64,000 nucleotides of DNA from Verrucomicrobiia bacterium (GTDB lineage: Bacteria > Verrucomicrobiota > Verrucomicrobiia > JABWAM01): the NCBI GenBank assembly GCA_020849895.1, contig JADZFN010000012.1, positions 7,258 through 71,257 of the forward strand. The letters run 5' to 3'. The notes beneath the pieces were generated by a model. It saw only the letters and a program-made list of their open reading frames with translations, was not told where the DNA came from and ran no database searches. Positions 48,633 to 59,607 of the stretch are shown one piece after another. The stretch's first letter is position 1; the number at the start of each line of letters is the position of its first letter. A program made the translations under genes and the position numbers.

Positions 48633-49879
48633 GAAGAGCCTCGCCCTTCCCCGCCCCTTCTCTCGAACTCCCTCTGAACGAAGAGCGCGCCGCCTGCCCC
48701 CGCTGCGGCGGTCTCCTCGTCTTTCCCGCCGGCCGCGAGCGCCTGGCCTGCGCCGGCTGCCGCGCCGACTGGTTGCGACCGGTCGCCTCGGCGCGCGCGC
48801 TCGTGTTCGAAACCGCCGGACGTCGTCTCGCGTTCGGACGCCGCTGGATCGGCGTCGCGCATCGGCCGCGCTACCCGTTCCACCACGCTCTCCACGCGGA
48901 ACCCGAGGTCCGCAAGCTCGCCGCGGAATTCGGCGTTCCCCGCCGGCTCCGTGGGAAAACGCAATGGGAACGCCAACGCGATCTCCTCCGGGTCCTGCGG
49001 ATCGAACTGTTTCGCCATCGCCCGCCGGCGCCCGTCCTGCGACGCCTCGCCCTTTGGACGATCGCGCGGACCAACCGCCACTGGTACTGCACGCACCTCG
49101 CCTATTTCTACTCGGCCTTTGCCGCCTCCCTCGGCTGGACGGCCCGCATTCTCAACATCGGCCGGGACCATCTGGAAAAAACCGACGGCCACATGATCGC
49201 GGAAATCTGGAACGACGATTGGCAGAAATGGGTGATGGTGGATCCGCTCTTCGCCGCCTGGTTCTCGCGCCGCGGACGCCCTTCCGAACCGCTCTCCTTC
49301 TTCGAGGTCCGCCAGGACTGGCTCCGCGGCGGAGGCCGTCGCATGATCCTCCATCATCGGGTACGCAGCGCGAGCCAAGACCTCATCGGCCCCGAGCGCA
49401 CGCTCCCCGCGCTTCGCGACGACACGCGAAACCGCAGCCTGCATCCCTCCCACTACTTCTGGGCGATCGCCTATCTCAGCAACCGCTTTCTCACCGAACC
49501 TTATGAAGACGGACGGTTTCTCGCCCTGTTCTGGCGCGACCGCTGGAACACGGGCCGCGCCTGGTACAACCGAGACAAGCCCGTCGGCTACTATCGCGCG
49601 CGACACGTCGTGGAAACCTCGACTCCCCTCGATTTTCATCCTCCGCTCAACAACACAGCGGTCTGGCTGTTGCGCGACGCGGTCCGTCCGCGCGTCTTCC
49701 TGCGCGCCTACTGCCCCAACTTCGCCCGCTTCGAAATGAAGCGGGACGGCGCTTGGCGGCGCATCCCCGCCGAATTTCCGCTTCCGCCCGCGCATGGCCG
49801 CTTCGCCTGGGAGTTCCGCGCCGTGAACCGCTTCGGCGTCGCCGGAAAACCCGCCGCCCTAACGGGGATCGCGCGCTGA
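48629..49879 (+). CDS. zinc-ribbon + transglutaminase-like (Cys-His-Asp) domain protein
   Basis: CPRCGG..x15..CAGC ribbon. Transglutaminase-like core [20 protein letters not shown] ... DGHMIAEIW ... WVMVDP. ATG at 48629 overlaps the permease stop. Confidence 0.55.
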   Translation: MRRASPFPAPSLELPLNEERAACPRCGGLLVFPAGRERLACAGCRADWLRPVASARALVFETAGRRLAFGRRWIGVAHRPRYPFHHALHAEPEVRKLAAEFGVPRRLRGKTQWERQRDLLRVLRIELFRHRPPAPVLRRLALWTIARTNRHWYCTHLAYFYSAFAASLGWTARILNIGRDHLEKTDGHMIAEIWNDDWQKWVMVDPLFAAWFSRRGRPSEPLSFFEVRQDWLRGGGRRMILHHRVRSASQDLIGPERTLPALRDDTRNRSLHPSHYFWAIAYLSNRFLTEPYEDGRFLALFWRDRWNTGRAWYNRDKPVGYYRARHVVETSTPLDFHPPLNNTAVWLLRDAVRPRVFLRAYCPNFARFEMKRDGAWRRIPAEFPLPPAHGRFAWEFRAVNRFGVAGKPAALTGIAR

Positions 49880-49922
49880 CTCCTCATTGTCAAATCCGCC
49901 ATCCTCGGCGAGACTGGAGGGA

Positions 49923-50711
49923 ATGTCCGCCCCCCTGCTTATCGCCGGCCGCGAGTTCCGGTCCCGCCTGCTCCTCGGCACCGGCAAGTTCTCCTCGAAC
50001 GAAAGAATGAAAGAGGCCATCGAGGCTTCCGGCGCGGAGCTCGTTACGGTCGCCCTCCGCCGCGCCGATCTCACCGGTCGACACGATCCGTTCGCCAACA
50101 TCCTCGAATACATTGACGCGGAAAAGTGTCTCGTGCTCCCGAACACCTCGGGCGCGATGAACGCCGAGGAAGCCGTCCGCCTCTGCCGCCTCGCCGCCGC
50201 CGCCGGCCTCCCTCGCTGGGTGAAACTCGAAATTCATCCCGATCCGCGCTATCTCCTTCCCGATCCGGTCGAGACCCTCGCCGCCGCTGAAATCCTCGTG
50301 AAGGAAGGCTTCACCGTCCTCCCCTACATCAACGCCGACCCCGTGCTCGCCCTGCGCCTGCAGGATGCCGGCTGCGCCACGGTGATGCCGCTCGGCGCCC
50401 CCATCGGCTCGAACCGCGGCATCGAGACGCGCGCCCAAATCGAAATCATCCTCGAACAGGCGCGCGTCCCCGTCGTCGTGGACGCCGGGCTCGGCGCGCC
50501 CTCTCAGGCCGCCGAGGCGATGGAAATGGGCGCCGACGCCGTGCTCGTGAACACCGCCATCGCCGTCGCGAAGGATCCGATCCGCATGGCGCGCGCCTTC
50601 CGCGCCGCCGTCGAGGCGGGTCGCGACGCCTTTGAGGTCGGTCTCGCCGCCGAACGTCGCACCGCCGATCCCACCAGTCCCCTCACCGCTTTCCTCCACG
50701 CCGCCAAATGA
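49923..50711 (+). CDS. thiG: thiazole synthase
   Basis: ThiG TIM-barrel blocks ([57 protein letters not shown]). ATG at 49923. Confidence 0.85.
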   Translation: MSAPLLIAGREFRSRLLLGTGKFSSNERMKEAIEASGAELVTVALRRADLTGRHDPFANILEYIDAEKCLVLPNTSGAMNAEEAVRLCRLAAAAGLPRWVKLEIHPDPRYLLPDPVETLAAAEILVKEGFTVLPYINADPVLALRLQDAGCATVMPLGAPIGSNRGIETRAQIEIILEQARVPVVVDAGLGAPSQAAEAMEMGADAVLVNTAIAVAKDPIRMARAFRAAVEAGRDAFEVGLAAERRTADPTSPLTAFLHAAK

Positions 50712-50726
50712 GGCGGAAAGCGTGGG

Positions 50727-53700
50727 TCAAGGGACCAGCTTCTGAAACAGCGCCATTCCCCGGATGGGGTTGAAGCGGGCGTCGCCGCGGACGGTGTTGA
50801 TGAGATTGGTGTCCAGCGAGAACGCTTTCGCGAGATTGCTGCAGGCGGCCTCGCCGCGAAGCGAAGACGCATGGAAAACGGCGAGGGTGTACCACGCGAA
50901 GGCGTTCTTCGGCTCGCGTTTCACGAGGCGCTGGAGGAGGGTTTCGATGCGGTCGAGGCGGTTGGGCGGCACGTAGAACTGCTGGATCACCTCAAACCAG
51001 AGGGTGGCGGGGGTCGTTGGACGATCCAGAAACTCGTCCACGACGCGATCGGCAGCCGCAGATTTTCCGCGTTCCCTGAGCACGTTGGCGTATTGAAGGA
51101 CAAACTGAGGATCGTTCTTGCAAGTGGAGTAAAGAGAGGCCAGCTCGGCCTCCTTGCGCTCCAGTGTGCGCAGCATCGTGACCTTCTGAAGGACGTCCTG
51201 CGGAGCGGAATTGAAGGGGTCGAGCTTGAGCCATTCCTCGCAGTTGACGAAAGCCTCGTCGTAGCGCCCCTGACTGACGAGACACTCGGTGAGGCGGGAG
51301 CGCGCCTCGGCGCTGGCGGGATAAAAATCGAGCGCCTGGTGGAGGCTCTTCTCCGTCTCATAATGCATGCCGCGGAAAAGGTACAGGCCGCCGAGCGAAC
51401 TGCGCAGCTTCGAAAAGGATTTTCGCGCCACGTCGTCGCGGAGAAACTTCGGGTCGGCCATCAACCGGGCGACGAGGCCGGACCAGAGCGCCATGTCGCG
51501 CCGCACCGCCTCGGGAGGGATCGCCTTGATGGGCTCCTTGTTGATTTTCATAATGAGCCCGGCGGGCTCGAGGTAGGGGTACATCCACGGAATGGGATAG
51601 CTTTCTTCGACGTAGAAGGTGTGTCTCGCCTTGTTCATCTCGAAGATCCATTTGGCGATCGCGCCGTTAATGGCGAACACGCCCTCGACCCCCTGCACGC
51701 TGGCGCGTACGACTTTACCCATCGCATCGCGTTGGAAGGTGACGCCCTTCTGCGAGTTGCTCTGCGCCTCCTGCACCACCTGGCTGAAGATGAGATTGAA
51801 CTCGTTGTCGTTCGGCAGGCGGAGCGGCTCTTGGGGATAGAGGCGGTCGCGCCCCAGCAGGCGGTGATACCAGCGGTCCATCTTCTCGCGGCCCGTGTCA
51901 TAGTGGCCGCGGATGTAGTTCATGTAGGTCTGGTCCGCGAGGGCGTTCTGCGTGATGATGTAGAGATCGCGGCGGTCGAAGTCCGGGTCCTCGCGCCAGC
52001 GTTTCGGCTGGAAGCTCTCGACGAAAATCATGTAGGTCGGCACGAAACGTCCGGGATCGGTGCCGCCATAGACCACGGCGTCCCGATCGAGGTCCTTGAG
52101 CATGTCGTGTCCGTAGAGCCAACCGAAGTCGTGCCCGCGCATCTCGCTGTCGGCCCAGTTCATGCAGAGGGGCACGAGGGGGATCGCCGCGACGAACGCG
52201 AGCCCGCCGCGCGACCATCCGGGATGCTGGACGAGGCGGATCAGGATGCCGAGAAACAGCGCCGCCCCCGCAAGCCAGAGCGTTTCCGTCGTCCACGCGC
52301 GTTCAAGGTGGAACCCCAGAAAGGCGGCGAAGACGAACCCGAGGGCGACGGCGAATGCCGGGGTCGCGCGCTTCGCGCCCTGCACCCAGTGGAGGAGGAA
52401 AATCGTTCCGAGGCCGATCCAGAGCGAATACACTCCGTGCGAAAGGGAATAGAAGACGCGGATGATGAAGGAAGTCTGGAGATCGAATTTCGCATTGAGC
52501 AGATAGACGAGCATGAAGCCCATGAAGACGAAACAGAGGACCGTGAACGCAAGATAAGCCTTCTCTCGCCGGGGAAAATCGCGGATGAACACGAGCGGGA
52601 GCACCCCGAGCAGACAGAGCGGGAGAGAGAAATTCTCCTCCAGATCGTTGAAGAACTGGTTGTACTGGCCGAGGAGCACCTTCAGCGGACGGGACGTCTG
52701 GATCCGTTCATACTGGCCGCGAGTGATGTGGTGGCGGAAACCTTCGACCGTTCGCGTGTAGCCCCAATTCATCGGGGGGTTTGTCGCCGAGGAAAGGGGC
52801 ATATAGAGGTAGACACTGCTTCCCGCGGTAAACATGATGAAGCTCAAGAGGAACGGCGCGATCGCCTTGAGCGCGCCATGGCGCGTGAGAAGGTCGAAAA
52901 TGAGAATGCCGACCCACGCGGCGAAAAGCACGGCGGCGAGGAAAATCCAGAGCGGGCGATCGTCCATTGCCGAGAAGACGATCATGGCGAGCGCGGCGAG
53001 GAGCATCGAAAACGTGGCGCTGAAGAGGTTGCGGACGTTCCACGCGTGCGGCTCGCGGAGCATCAGCCAGAGGTAGTGCAGCAAGAATCCCGCAGAGAAA
53101 ACCCACAGGAGTCCCAGCGAGCTTTGCCACGCGAAGATCGCGCAGGAAAGCGACGCCAGGAACGCGCAGTCCCGGTAGAGCACGCGGTCGGCGTAGAACA
53201 TCGCGAAGATGAACGCCGGGGCGCTCACCAGCAACGTCTGGTGGTTCGTGATCCCCAGGCCGAAGACGAGCGCGATCAGGCAGGCCCAACGCCACTGGTG
53301 CGGAGCGTCGAACCACCGCAGGACGAGCAGACAGAGAAGCGTGAAAAAGAAATCGTTGAGCGGATAAACCTCCGTGACCGTCGCCTGCGCCCACGTGGTG
53401 TCAATGAAGGCATAGACGAGCCCCGCCACCAGTCCGGCGATGAGGATGAGGACCTCGCGGGAAATCCCGGGCAGCGTGAAGTCCTTCAGGCGTTCCAGGC
53501 TCCAGAGCCGCTCGGCCAGCTTGCAGGTGAGCAGCGTCATCAGGCCGCAGGCCAGCGCTCCGTAGAACGCGGCCATGAAGTTCCCTCGCCACGCGGCGTT
53601 CCCGTACGGGAGGATCCGCTCGAAGAGGTTCGCCGAAATCGTCCAGATGGGGTAGCCCGGCGGGTGCGGCACGCCCCAGTGGTACGCCGCAGTCAGGAAC

Positions 53701-53825
53701 TCGCCCGAATCCTCGAGCGTCACGTTCGGGGCGAGCGTGTAGACGTACACGCTCAGCGAGATCAGCGTCGTGATCCAGAACCCCAGCCATTCGGTCCTGG
53801 AGAAATAGCGCGGTCGGAGGCTCAT
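50727..53825 (-). CDS. DUF2723-like GT-C-fold membrane glycosyltransferase (PMT/TMEM260-like) with C-terminal TPR repeats
   Basis: ATG at 53825 (MSLRPRYF). N-terminal motif YVYTLAPNVTLEDSGEFLTAAYHWGVPHPPGYPIW. More than 10 TMs, then about 400 aa of soluble TPR-like C-terminus. Confidence 0.55.
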   Translation of the reverse strand: MSLRPRYFSRTEWLGFWITTLISLSVYVYTLAPNVTLEDSGEFLTAAYHWGVPHPPGYPIWTISANLFERILPYGNAAWRGNFMAAFYGALACGLMTLLTCKLAERLWSLERLKDFTLPGISREVLILIAGLVAGLVYAFIDTTWAQATVTEVYPLNDFFFTLLCLLVLRWFDAPHQWRWACLIALVFGLGITNHQTLLVSAPAFIFAMFYADRVLYRDCAFLASLSCAIFAWQSSLGLLWVFSAGFLLHYLWLMLREPHAWNVRNLFSATFSMLLAALAMIVFSAMDDRPLWIFLAAVLFAAWVGILIFDLLTRHGALKAIAPFLLSFIMFTAGSSVYLYMPLSSATNPPMNWGYTRTVEGFRHHITRGQYERIQTSRPLKVLLGQYNQFFNDLEENFSLPLCLLGVLPLVFIRDFPRREKAYLAFTVLCFVFMGFMLVYLLNAKFDLQTSFIIRVFYSLSHGVYSLWIGLGTIFLLHWVQGAKRATPAFAVALGFVFAAFLGFHLERAWTTETLWLAGAALFLGILIRLVQHPGWSRGGLAFVAAIPLVPLCMNWADSEMRGHDFGWLYGHDMLKDLDRDAVVYGGTDPGRFVPTYMIFVESFQPKRWREDPDFDRRDLYIITQNALADQTYMNYIRGHYDTGREKMDRWYHRLLGRDRLYPQEPLRLPNDNEFNLIFSQVVQEAQSNSQKGVTFQRDAMGKVVRASVQGVEGVFAINGAIAKWIFEMNKARHTFYVEESYPIPWMYPYLEPAGLIMKINKEPIKAIPPEAVRRDMALWSGLVARLMADPKFLRDDVARKSFSKLRSSLGGLYLFRGMHYETEKSLHQALDFYPASAEARSRLTECLVSQGRYDEAFVNCEEWLKLDPFNSAPQDVLQKVTMLRTLERKEAELASLYSTCKNDPQFVLQYANVLRERGKSAAADRVVDEFLDRPTTPATLWFEVIQQFYVPPNRLDRIETLLQRLVKREPKNAFAWYTLAVFHASSLRGEAACSNLAKAFSLDTNLINTVRGDARFNPIRGMALFQKLVP

Positions 53826-54125
53826 GCGGAAAAGGGAGACCCTACCAGAACCCGTTCCGTTGCGGCAAACACAACTCCCGACCCCTCGGAGCGCCTCATG
53901 CCGCCGATCGGCGCCTGCAGTTGCACCGATGGCTCGACCGATTGGCCGGTCCCCGCTTGAGAACGGCGAAAAAGGAGAGAACGGAGGGCCCACAGGGAAA
54001 CGGGCCTTCCCGTCTTGCGTCTCTCCTCCTTCGAGCTCCTTGCGACTCCCGACATCTTTGCTTCACTCCCAGTTGCGCCCTCGTCGCTTTGCGCTTGCGG
54101 CAAACCGCGCGCTGCTCTACCGCCC

Positions 54126-54893
54126 ATGGGCATGAACCCTTGGGACCGCTTCTGGTCGAGCCGCGCCGATGCGGAGGAGTTCTACCCGCAACACGAGCGC
54201 ATCGAACGCGCCGTGCGCGAGGAGGGCGAATGGCGCGGCGCGCGCTCCCTCGAAGTGGGATGCGGCGCCGGCGGCTCCGCCGCGTTCCAACTCGAACTCG
54301 ACCTCCGTCCGGTGCTCCTCGATTTCTCGCTCGCTTCGCTCGCCAAATGCCGGATGCGACTCCGCGGGGAAACGCGCGCCGCCCTTGTGCGCGGAGACGC
54401 CTTTCGCCTCCCCTTCAAGGACGGCGCATTCGACCTCGTCTTCCACCAGGGACTCATCGAACATTTCCGCGGAGACGGCCCCGACCGCATCGTCCGCGAG
54501 AACCTGCGCGTGCTGCGCTCCGGCGGCGCCGTCGTGGTGGACGTCCCCCAGTCTTTCCACTGGGAGAGCCTGTTTTCCCGGCCTTTCATCTGGGCGGGGA
54601 AATGGTTCGCCGGATGGCAGACCTATTACACGCCGACGGCGCTCCGCCGCCTCGCGGAGCGCACGGGCCTGCGTCACGCGCGTTTTTATGGGAGCTGGAT
54701 GAGCCCCTCCTACTTTTACCGGGTGCTGCGTTTCGTGCTACGCTCGCGACTTCGGCTGCCGCTCCGCCCTCCGCAAATTCCTCCCCTCGCACGCCTTCGG
54801 GCCTGTGCGCGGCAGCGACTCTTCCACAGCCCGTTGGCGCTCTGGACCGGCGCCAGCATCGGCTTTCTCGCCAGAAAACCGAAGTCGCCCTAG
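54126..54893 (+). CDS. class I SAM-dependent methyltransferase
   Basis: Motif I LEVGCGAGGSA and post-I acidic residue. ATG at 54126 or 54132. Confidence 0.7.
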   Translation: MGMNPWDRFWSSRADAEEFYPQHERIERAVREEGEWRGARSLEVGCGAGGSAAFQLELDLRPVLLDFSLASLAKCRMRLRGETRAALVRGDAFRLPFKDGAFDLVFHQGLIEHFRGDGPDRIVRENLRVLRSGGAVVVDVPQSFHWESLFSRPFIWAGKWFAGWQTYYTPTALRRLAERTGLRHARFYGSWMSPSYFYRVLRFVLRSRLRLPLRPPQIPPLARLRACARQRLFHSPLALWTGASIGFLARKPKSP

Positions 54894-54933
54894 CGCCTGG
54901 CGAACTCCCAGTTCTTCGGAAACGGAGCGGCGC

Positions 54934-55650
54934 TCATGACCTCCATCTCAACATCGGCACGAGGAACGCCGCTTCCCGGACGATGCGGGGATCCATCTTC
55001 GAGACGCCCTGGTGGCGGTCCGTGAAGACGATCGGCACTTCGGCGAGGTGGAAGCCCTTCTTCCAAAGGTAATAGCTCACCTCGATTTGAAAGGCGTAAC
55101 CGTTGGAACGAATGCGCGAGAGGTCGAGCGCGGCCAGCGCCTCCCGGCGGAAACACTTGAACCCACTTGTCGGGTCGGTGAGCGGCAGACCCGTCCAGAA
55201 CCGCGTATAGGCGGAGGCGAAACGACTCAGGAAAAGCCGTCGCAGCGGCCAGTTGATGATCCGGATGCCGTCGAGATACCGCGAGCCGACGACGAGGTCC
55301 GCGCCGTTGTTCGCGCGCCGCACGAAGTTCGGGATCTCCGAAGGATCGTGCGAAAGGTCGGCGTCCATCTCGAACACGAGGTCGTACCCGCGTTCGAGCG
55401 CCCACGCGAAGCCCGCGACGTAGGCCGTGCCGAGCCCCATCTTTCCGGGACGTTCGAGTAGGTGCGTTCCGGGACGGCGCACCTGCAATTCGCGGATCCA
55501 TTCCGCCGTGCCGTCGGACGAGCGGTCGTCCACAAAGAGGAGGTCCGTGGCGGGCGCCGGAGGAATCCTTTCCACGAGGCGGGGCAGATTCTCCCGCTCG
55601 TTATAGGTCGGAATGACCAGCAGAATCCGTTGAGAGGTTCCGGAGTTCAT
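54934..55650 (-). CDS. GT2 polyprenol-phosphate glycosyltransferase (Dpm1/ArnC-like)
   Basis: ILLVIPTYNERENL, DDRSSDGT and the DADLSH (DXD) blocks. ATG at 55650. Confidence 0.8.
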   Translation of the reverse strand: MNSGTSQRILLVIPTYNERENLPRLVERIPPAPATDLLFVDDRSSDGTAEWIRELQVRRPGTHLLERPGKMGLGTAYVAGFAWALERGYDLVFEMDADLSHDPSEIPNFVRRANNGADLVVGSRYLDGIRIINWPLRRLFLSRFASAYTRFWTGLPLTDPTSGFKCFRREALAALDLSRIRSNGYAFQIEVSYYLWKKGFHLAEVPIVFTDRHQGVSKMDPRIVREAAFLVPMLRWRS

Positions 55651-55687
55651 CGTCCGCGATTTCGGCCATCGGCTGTCGGAAAGGTCT

Positions 55688-56803
55688 TCAGGTCTTCTGC
55701 TGCCGCCACAAGAGATACCCGCCGAAAGCCTGGAAGACAAGATTGGGCAACCAGACGACAAATTCCGGATAGAGATGCGGGCTGCGCTTGAGCCCCTCCG
55801 CAAAGAGCACGAGGAAATAGTAGGCCACCGCGAGCACGAGGCTGATCAGAATCCCGATCGAAGTCTCCCGCCGATGCACGCGGACTCCCAGCGGGACCGC
55901 CACCGTCACGAACGCGAGGCAGGCCGTGCCGAGCGCCAGCCGCTTGTGCAGTTCCACCAGCATCGGCGTGGGATGCACTCCTTGCCTTCCCAGCCGTCGC
56001 GCCTGCCGCCACAGCTCCGTCGAAGAGCAGTGGTGCGCCTCCTTCACCGCCCGGCGCTGGTCAATCAAACGGGCGAGATCGAGTTCCAACGGATATTCCG
56101 CCACGGTCATCCCCCACTTCCGTTTCTCGATGTTTTCCGGATCGGTCGGGTCGCGCTGATCAATCTGCGCGTTAAACAGGCGCAGGTGCAGCTTGAGCTG
56201 AAGCGGATCCACCGACAGCGCGCCGCGTTCGGCGTGGATCTCCTGCGACATCTCGTTGTTTTCAAGCGTGGTGATCCGCACGTCGTAGAGCATGTTTTGA
56301 CGGATATCGCGTCGTCCGATGTAGAGCACCATGTCCTGAAAATCCCGGAGATACGTCCCCTCTTCGAGAAGCGAGATGGGGCTCTTGATCGCAAGCTCCA
56401 CGAAGGCCTGGTTGAAGCGGTGCTTCAGGCCCGGCGCGACAAAGCAGTTCACCCAGAGACAGGCCAACGACAGCGCCGCAGCCACCCCAAAGATCGGCGC
56501 GGTCACGTGCAGAAAGCTCAATCCCGTTGCGCGGCAGGCCGTCAGCTCGCCGTCCGCCGAGAAGGCGCCCATCACCAGCAGCGTCGCCGCGAGGAGCGCC
56601 ATCGGCATCGAGAACGAAAGCACATACGGCATCAGCAACGCCAAAAACCGCCCGATCGTCCAGACGTCAATGGTGCGGTTCGACAGCAGCGCCACCAGAT
56701 CTTTGAAGATGTTTCCCAGCAGCAGGACGAAGGTGAACACCGCCAGCGTCATTCCCAGGCTGACGAGATGCGAAGTCAGGAGGTATCGGTGCAGGACGCC
56801 CAT
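55688..56803 (-). CDS. LptF/LptG (YjgP/YjgQ) family permease
   Basis: 6-TM YjgP/YjgQ architecture with a periplasmic beta-jellyroll insert. ATG at 56803 (MGVLHRYLL). Confidence 0.7.
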   Translation of the reverse strand: MGVLHRYLLTSHLVSLGMTLAVFTFVLLLGNIFKDLVALLSNRTIDVWTIGRFLALLMPYVLSFSMPMALLAATLLVMGAFSADGELTACRATGLSFLHVTAPIFGVAAALSLACLWVNCFVAPGLKHRFNQAFVELAIKSPISLLEEGTYLRDFQDMVLYIGRRDIRQNMLYDVRITTLENNEMSQEIHAERGALSVDPLQLKLHLRLFNAQIDQRDPTDPENIEKRKWGMTVAEYPLELDLARLIDQRRAVKEAHHCSSTELWRQARRLGRQGVHPTPMLVELHKRLALGTACLAFVTVAVPLGVRVHRRETSIGILISLVLAVAYYFLVLFAEGLKRSPHLYPEFVVWLPNLVFQAFGGYLLWRQQKT

Positions 56804-56951
56804 GAACCTCCGCCTCTTACCCGTCAGGCCGGCGCCTCGCAAGGCCCATTCGTTTCCCCCGAGAACCGGGCAGCCCTTGCCCGCCGAGTTCGAACGCAGC
56901 CGTTCCGCATTCCGCGGTTTCTCTCGTCGGAAACGCCTGCCGCAAGCGGCG

Positions 56952-59597
56952 TTACGCGGAAGCCGAGACGGCGCCCTTCACCTTGAGGAACTCCAAATCG
57001 CCCGTTTTTCCTGGGCGGGCGACGAGGTGATCGCCCTCCCTGAACTTTCCGTCAAGGAGGTCGAGCGAGAGCCGGTCGAGCACCTCCCGCTGAATCGCAC
57101 GTTTGAGCGGGCGCGCGCCGAACACGGGATCGAACCCGTCTTTCGCGAGCAGGGCGCGCGCGGCAGGCTCGAACTCGATTTCGAGCCGCTGCTCGCGCAA
57201 GCGCTGCCTCACCCGTTCCAACTGGAGGCCCACGATCTTCCCGATCTCCTCCTCGCGCAGCGAACGGAATACGACGATCTCGTCGAGGCGGTTGAGAAAC
57301 TCAGGGCGGAAGTGACGCCGAAGCTCGGCCATCACCTCCTTTTCCATCGCCTTGTAAGCGGAGCTGTCGGCGTCGCCGCTCCCCTGCCCCGCAAAGTATT
57401 CCTGAATGATCGGGCTGCCGATGTTCGAAGTCATCACCACGAGGGCGTTGCGAAAATCCACCGTCCTTCCCTGTCCGTCCGTGAGCCGTCCATCGTCGAG
57501 AAGCTGGAGGAGTGCGTGGAACACTTCGGGATGCGCCTTTTCGATCTCGTCGAAAAGGATCACGGAATAGGGCCGCCGTCGCACCGCCTCGGTGAGCTGG
57601 CCGCCCTCCTCGTAGCCGACGTAACCCGGCGGGGCGCCGATGAGACGGGCCACGGAATGCTTCTCGCCGTATTCGGACATGTCCACGCGCACCATGGCGT
57701 TTTCGTCATCGAAGAGGAACTCGGCGACCGCGCGTGCCAGTTCGGTCTTCCCCACGCCGGTCGGCCCCATGAAGATGAACGATCCGATCGGACGATTCGG
57801 GTCCTGCAGGCCCGAGCGGGAGCGGCGGATCGCGTGGCTCACCGCGCGCACCGCGTGGTCCTGCCCGATCACGCGCTGATGGAGGCGTTCCTCCATGTGC
57901 ACGAGTTTCTGCCGTTCGCCCTCCAACATGCGCGTCACGGGGATGCCCGTCCATGAAGCCACAACGCGGGCGATGTCCTCTTCGCGCACCTCCTCCTGGA
58001 CCATGCTTCCGCTTCTCTGAAGTTCGGCCTGTTTCTTCTGGGCCTTGGCGAGCTTCTTTTCGAGTTCAGGAAGCGTTCCGTGCTGGAGTTCGGCGGCGCG
58101 GGTCAGATCGCCTTTCCGCTTGGCCTGATCGAGCGCCTCCTTCGCTTTCTCCACCTGGGCCAACAGCGCCTGGCCCTCGGCGAGATGCTTCTTCTCGCTC
58201 TGCCACTGCGCCTTGAGGGCGGCCGATTTCTCCCGGAGCCGCCCCACTTCCGCATGCAGCTTCTTCAGCCGTTCCCGACTCGGGGCGTCCTCCTCCTTTT
58301 TGAGCGCCTGCTCCTCGATCTGGAGCTGCATAAGCCGCCGTTCGATCTCGTCAATTTCGGAGGGGACGCTGTCGATCTCGATCTTCAGGCAGGACGCCGC
58401 CTCGTCCATGAGATCCACCGCCTTATCCGGCAAAAAGCGTTCGCTGATGTAGCGATGCGACAGGGTTGCCGCCGCGACGAGCGCGGCGTCGCTGATCCGC
58501 ACCCCGTGATGCAGTTCGTAGCGCTCTTTGAGTCCGCGCAGGATCGCCACGGTGTCCTCCACCGAAGGCTCGTTCACCTGGACGGGTTGGAAGCGGCGTT
58601 CGAGCGCCGCGTCTTTCTCCACATATTTCCGATACTCGTCCAGGGTCGTCGCCCCGATGCAGCGCAGCTCGCCGCGCGCGAGCTGGGGTTTCAGCAGATT
58701 CGCAGCGTCCACGGCGCCCTCCGCCTTGCCCGCGCCGACGAGCGTGTGCAGCTCGTCCACAAAAAGGATGATCCGCCCTTCCGAGGAAGTCACTTCCTTG
58801 AGGAAGGCCTTCAGGCGGTCTTCGAACTCTCCGCGGTATTTCGCGCCGGCAATCATCGCACCGAGATCCATCGCCACGAGGCGCTTCTCCTTGAGCCCTT
58901 CAGGGACGTCGCCCGCCACGATTCGCCGCGCGAGCCCTTCGACGATCGCGGTTTTTCCCACGCCGGGCTCCCCGATGAGAACGGGATTGTTCTTCGTGCG
59001 CCGCGACAGCACCTGCATCACTCGGCGGATCTCGGGATCGCGCCCGATCACCGGATCAATCTTCCCCTGACGTGCCGCGGCGGTCAGGTCGCGCCCGTAG
59101 CGTTCCAACGACTGAAATTTCTCCTCCGGATTCGGATCGGTCACCTGCTGGTTCCCCCGCAACTCCTGAAGGGCGCGGAGGAGCGAGACCTTGTTCACGC
59201 CCATCCCCTTGAGCAGAGCGGCGGCATCCGTCTTGCCGTGCTCGACGATCCCCAGCAGGAGATGATCGGTGCTCACGTACTTGTCCCGCAACCGTTCGCT
59301 CTCCTTTTCGGCCTGGAGGAGAACCGCATTCATCTCCGAAGAAAGCACGGTTTGCGCGGCGGCGCCGGAGACCTGCGGCTTGCGATTCAGCGTCGCATCG
59401 AGAAGCGACTGCAGCCGCTTCACGTCCGCGCCCAGCTTTTGCAGCAGGGGGCGGACGAGGCCCTCCTCCTGCTTGAGGAGGGCGGCCAGAAGATGTTCCG
59501 GCGAGAGTTCGGAATGCCCCTGCGCCTCGGCTTCGCGATGAGCCTCCTGAATCGCCTCCTGCGCCTTGACGGTCAACTTGTTGAACTGGAACGCCAT
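56952..59597 (-). CDS. clpB: ATP-dependent chaperone ClpB
   Basis: Two AAA+ modules ([30 protein letters not shown]) and the middle coiled-coil domain. ATG at 59597 ([15 protein letters not shown]). Confidence 0.9.
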   Translation of the reverse strand: MAFQFNKLTVKAQEAIQEAHREAEAQGHSELSPEHLLAALLKQEEGLVRPLLQKLGADVKRLQSLLDATLNRKPQVSGAAAQTVLSSEMNAVLLQAEKESERLRDKYVSTDHLLLGIVEHGKTDAAALLKGMGVNKVSLLRALQELRGNQQVTDPNPEEKFQSLERYGRDLTAAARQGKIDPVIGRDPEIRRVMQVLSRRTKNNPVLIGEPGVGKTAIVEGLARRIVAGDVPEGLKEKRLVAMDLGAMIAGAKYRGEFEDRLKAFLKEVTSSEGRIILFVDELHTLVGAGKAEGAVDAANLLKPQLARGELRCIGATTLDEYRKYVEKDAALERRFQPVQVNEPSVEDTVAILRGLKERYELHHGVRISDAALVAAATLSHRYISERFLPDKAVDLMDEAASCLKIEIDSVPSEIDEIERRLMQLQIEEQALKKEEDAPSRERLKKLHAEVGRLREKSAALKAQWQSEKKHLAEGQALLAQVEKAKEALDQAKRKGDLTRAAELQHGTLPELEKKLAKAQKKQAELQRSGSMVQEEVREEDIARVVASWTGIPVTRMLEGERQKLVHMEERLHQRVIGQDHAVRAVSHAIRRSRSGLQDPNRPIGSFIFMGPTGVGKTELARAVAEFLFDDENAMVRVDMSEYGEKHSVARLIGAPPGYVGYEEGGQLTEAVRRRPYSVILFDEIEKAHPEVFHALLQLLDDGRLTDGQGRTVDFRNALVVMTSNIGSPIIQEYFAGQGSGDADSSAYKAMEKEVMAELRRHFRPEFLNRLDEIVVFRSLREEEIGKIVGLQLERVRQRLREQRLEIEFEPAARALLAKDGFDPVFGARPLKRAIQREVLDRLSLDLLDGKFREGDHLVARPGKTGDLEFLKVKGAVSASA

Positions 59598-59607
59598 AAA
59601 TTCAACG

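Noticed and set aside
53920-53950. Third partial occurrence (GATTGGCC within GACCGATTGGCCGGTC) of the 18-bp promoter motif, in the DUF2723/methyltransferase divergent region.
   Set aside because: Only 8 nt are shared. About two such matches are expected by chance in 64 kb on both strands, so it is not counted as a motif copy.
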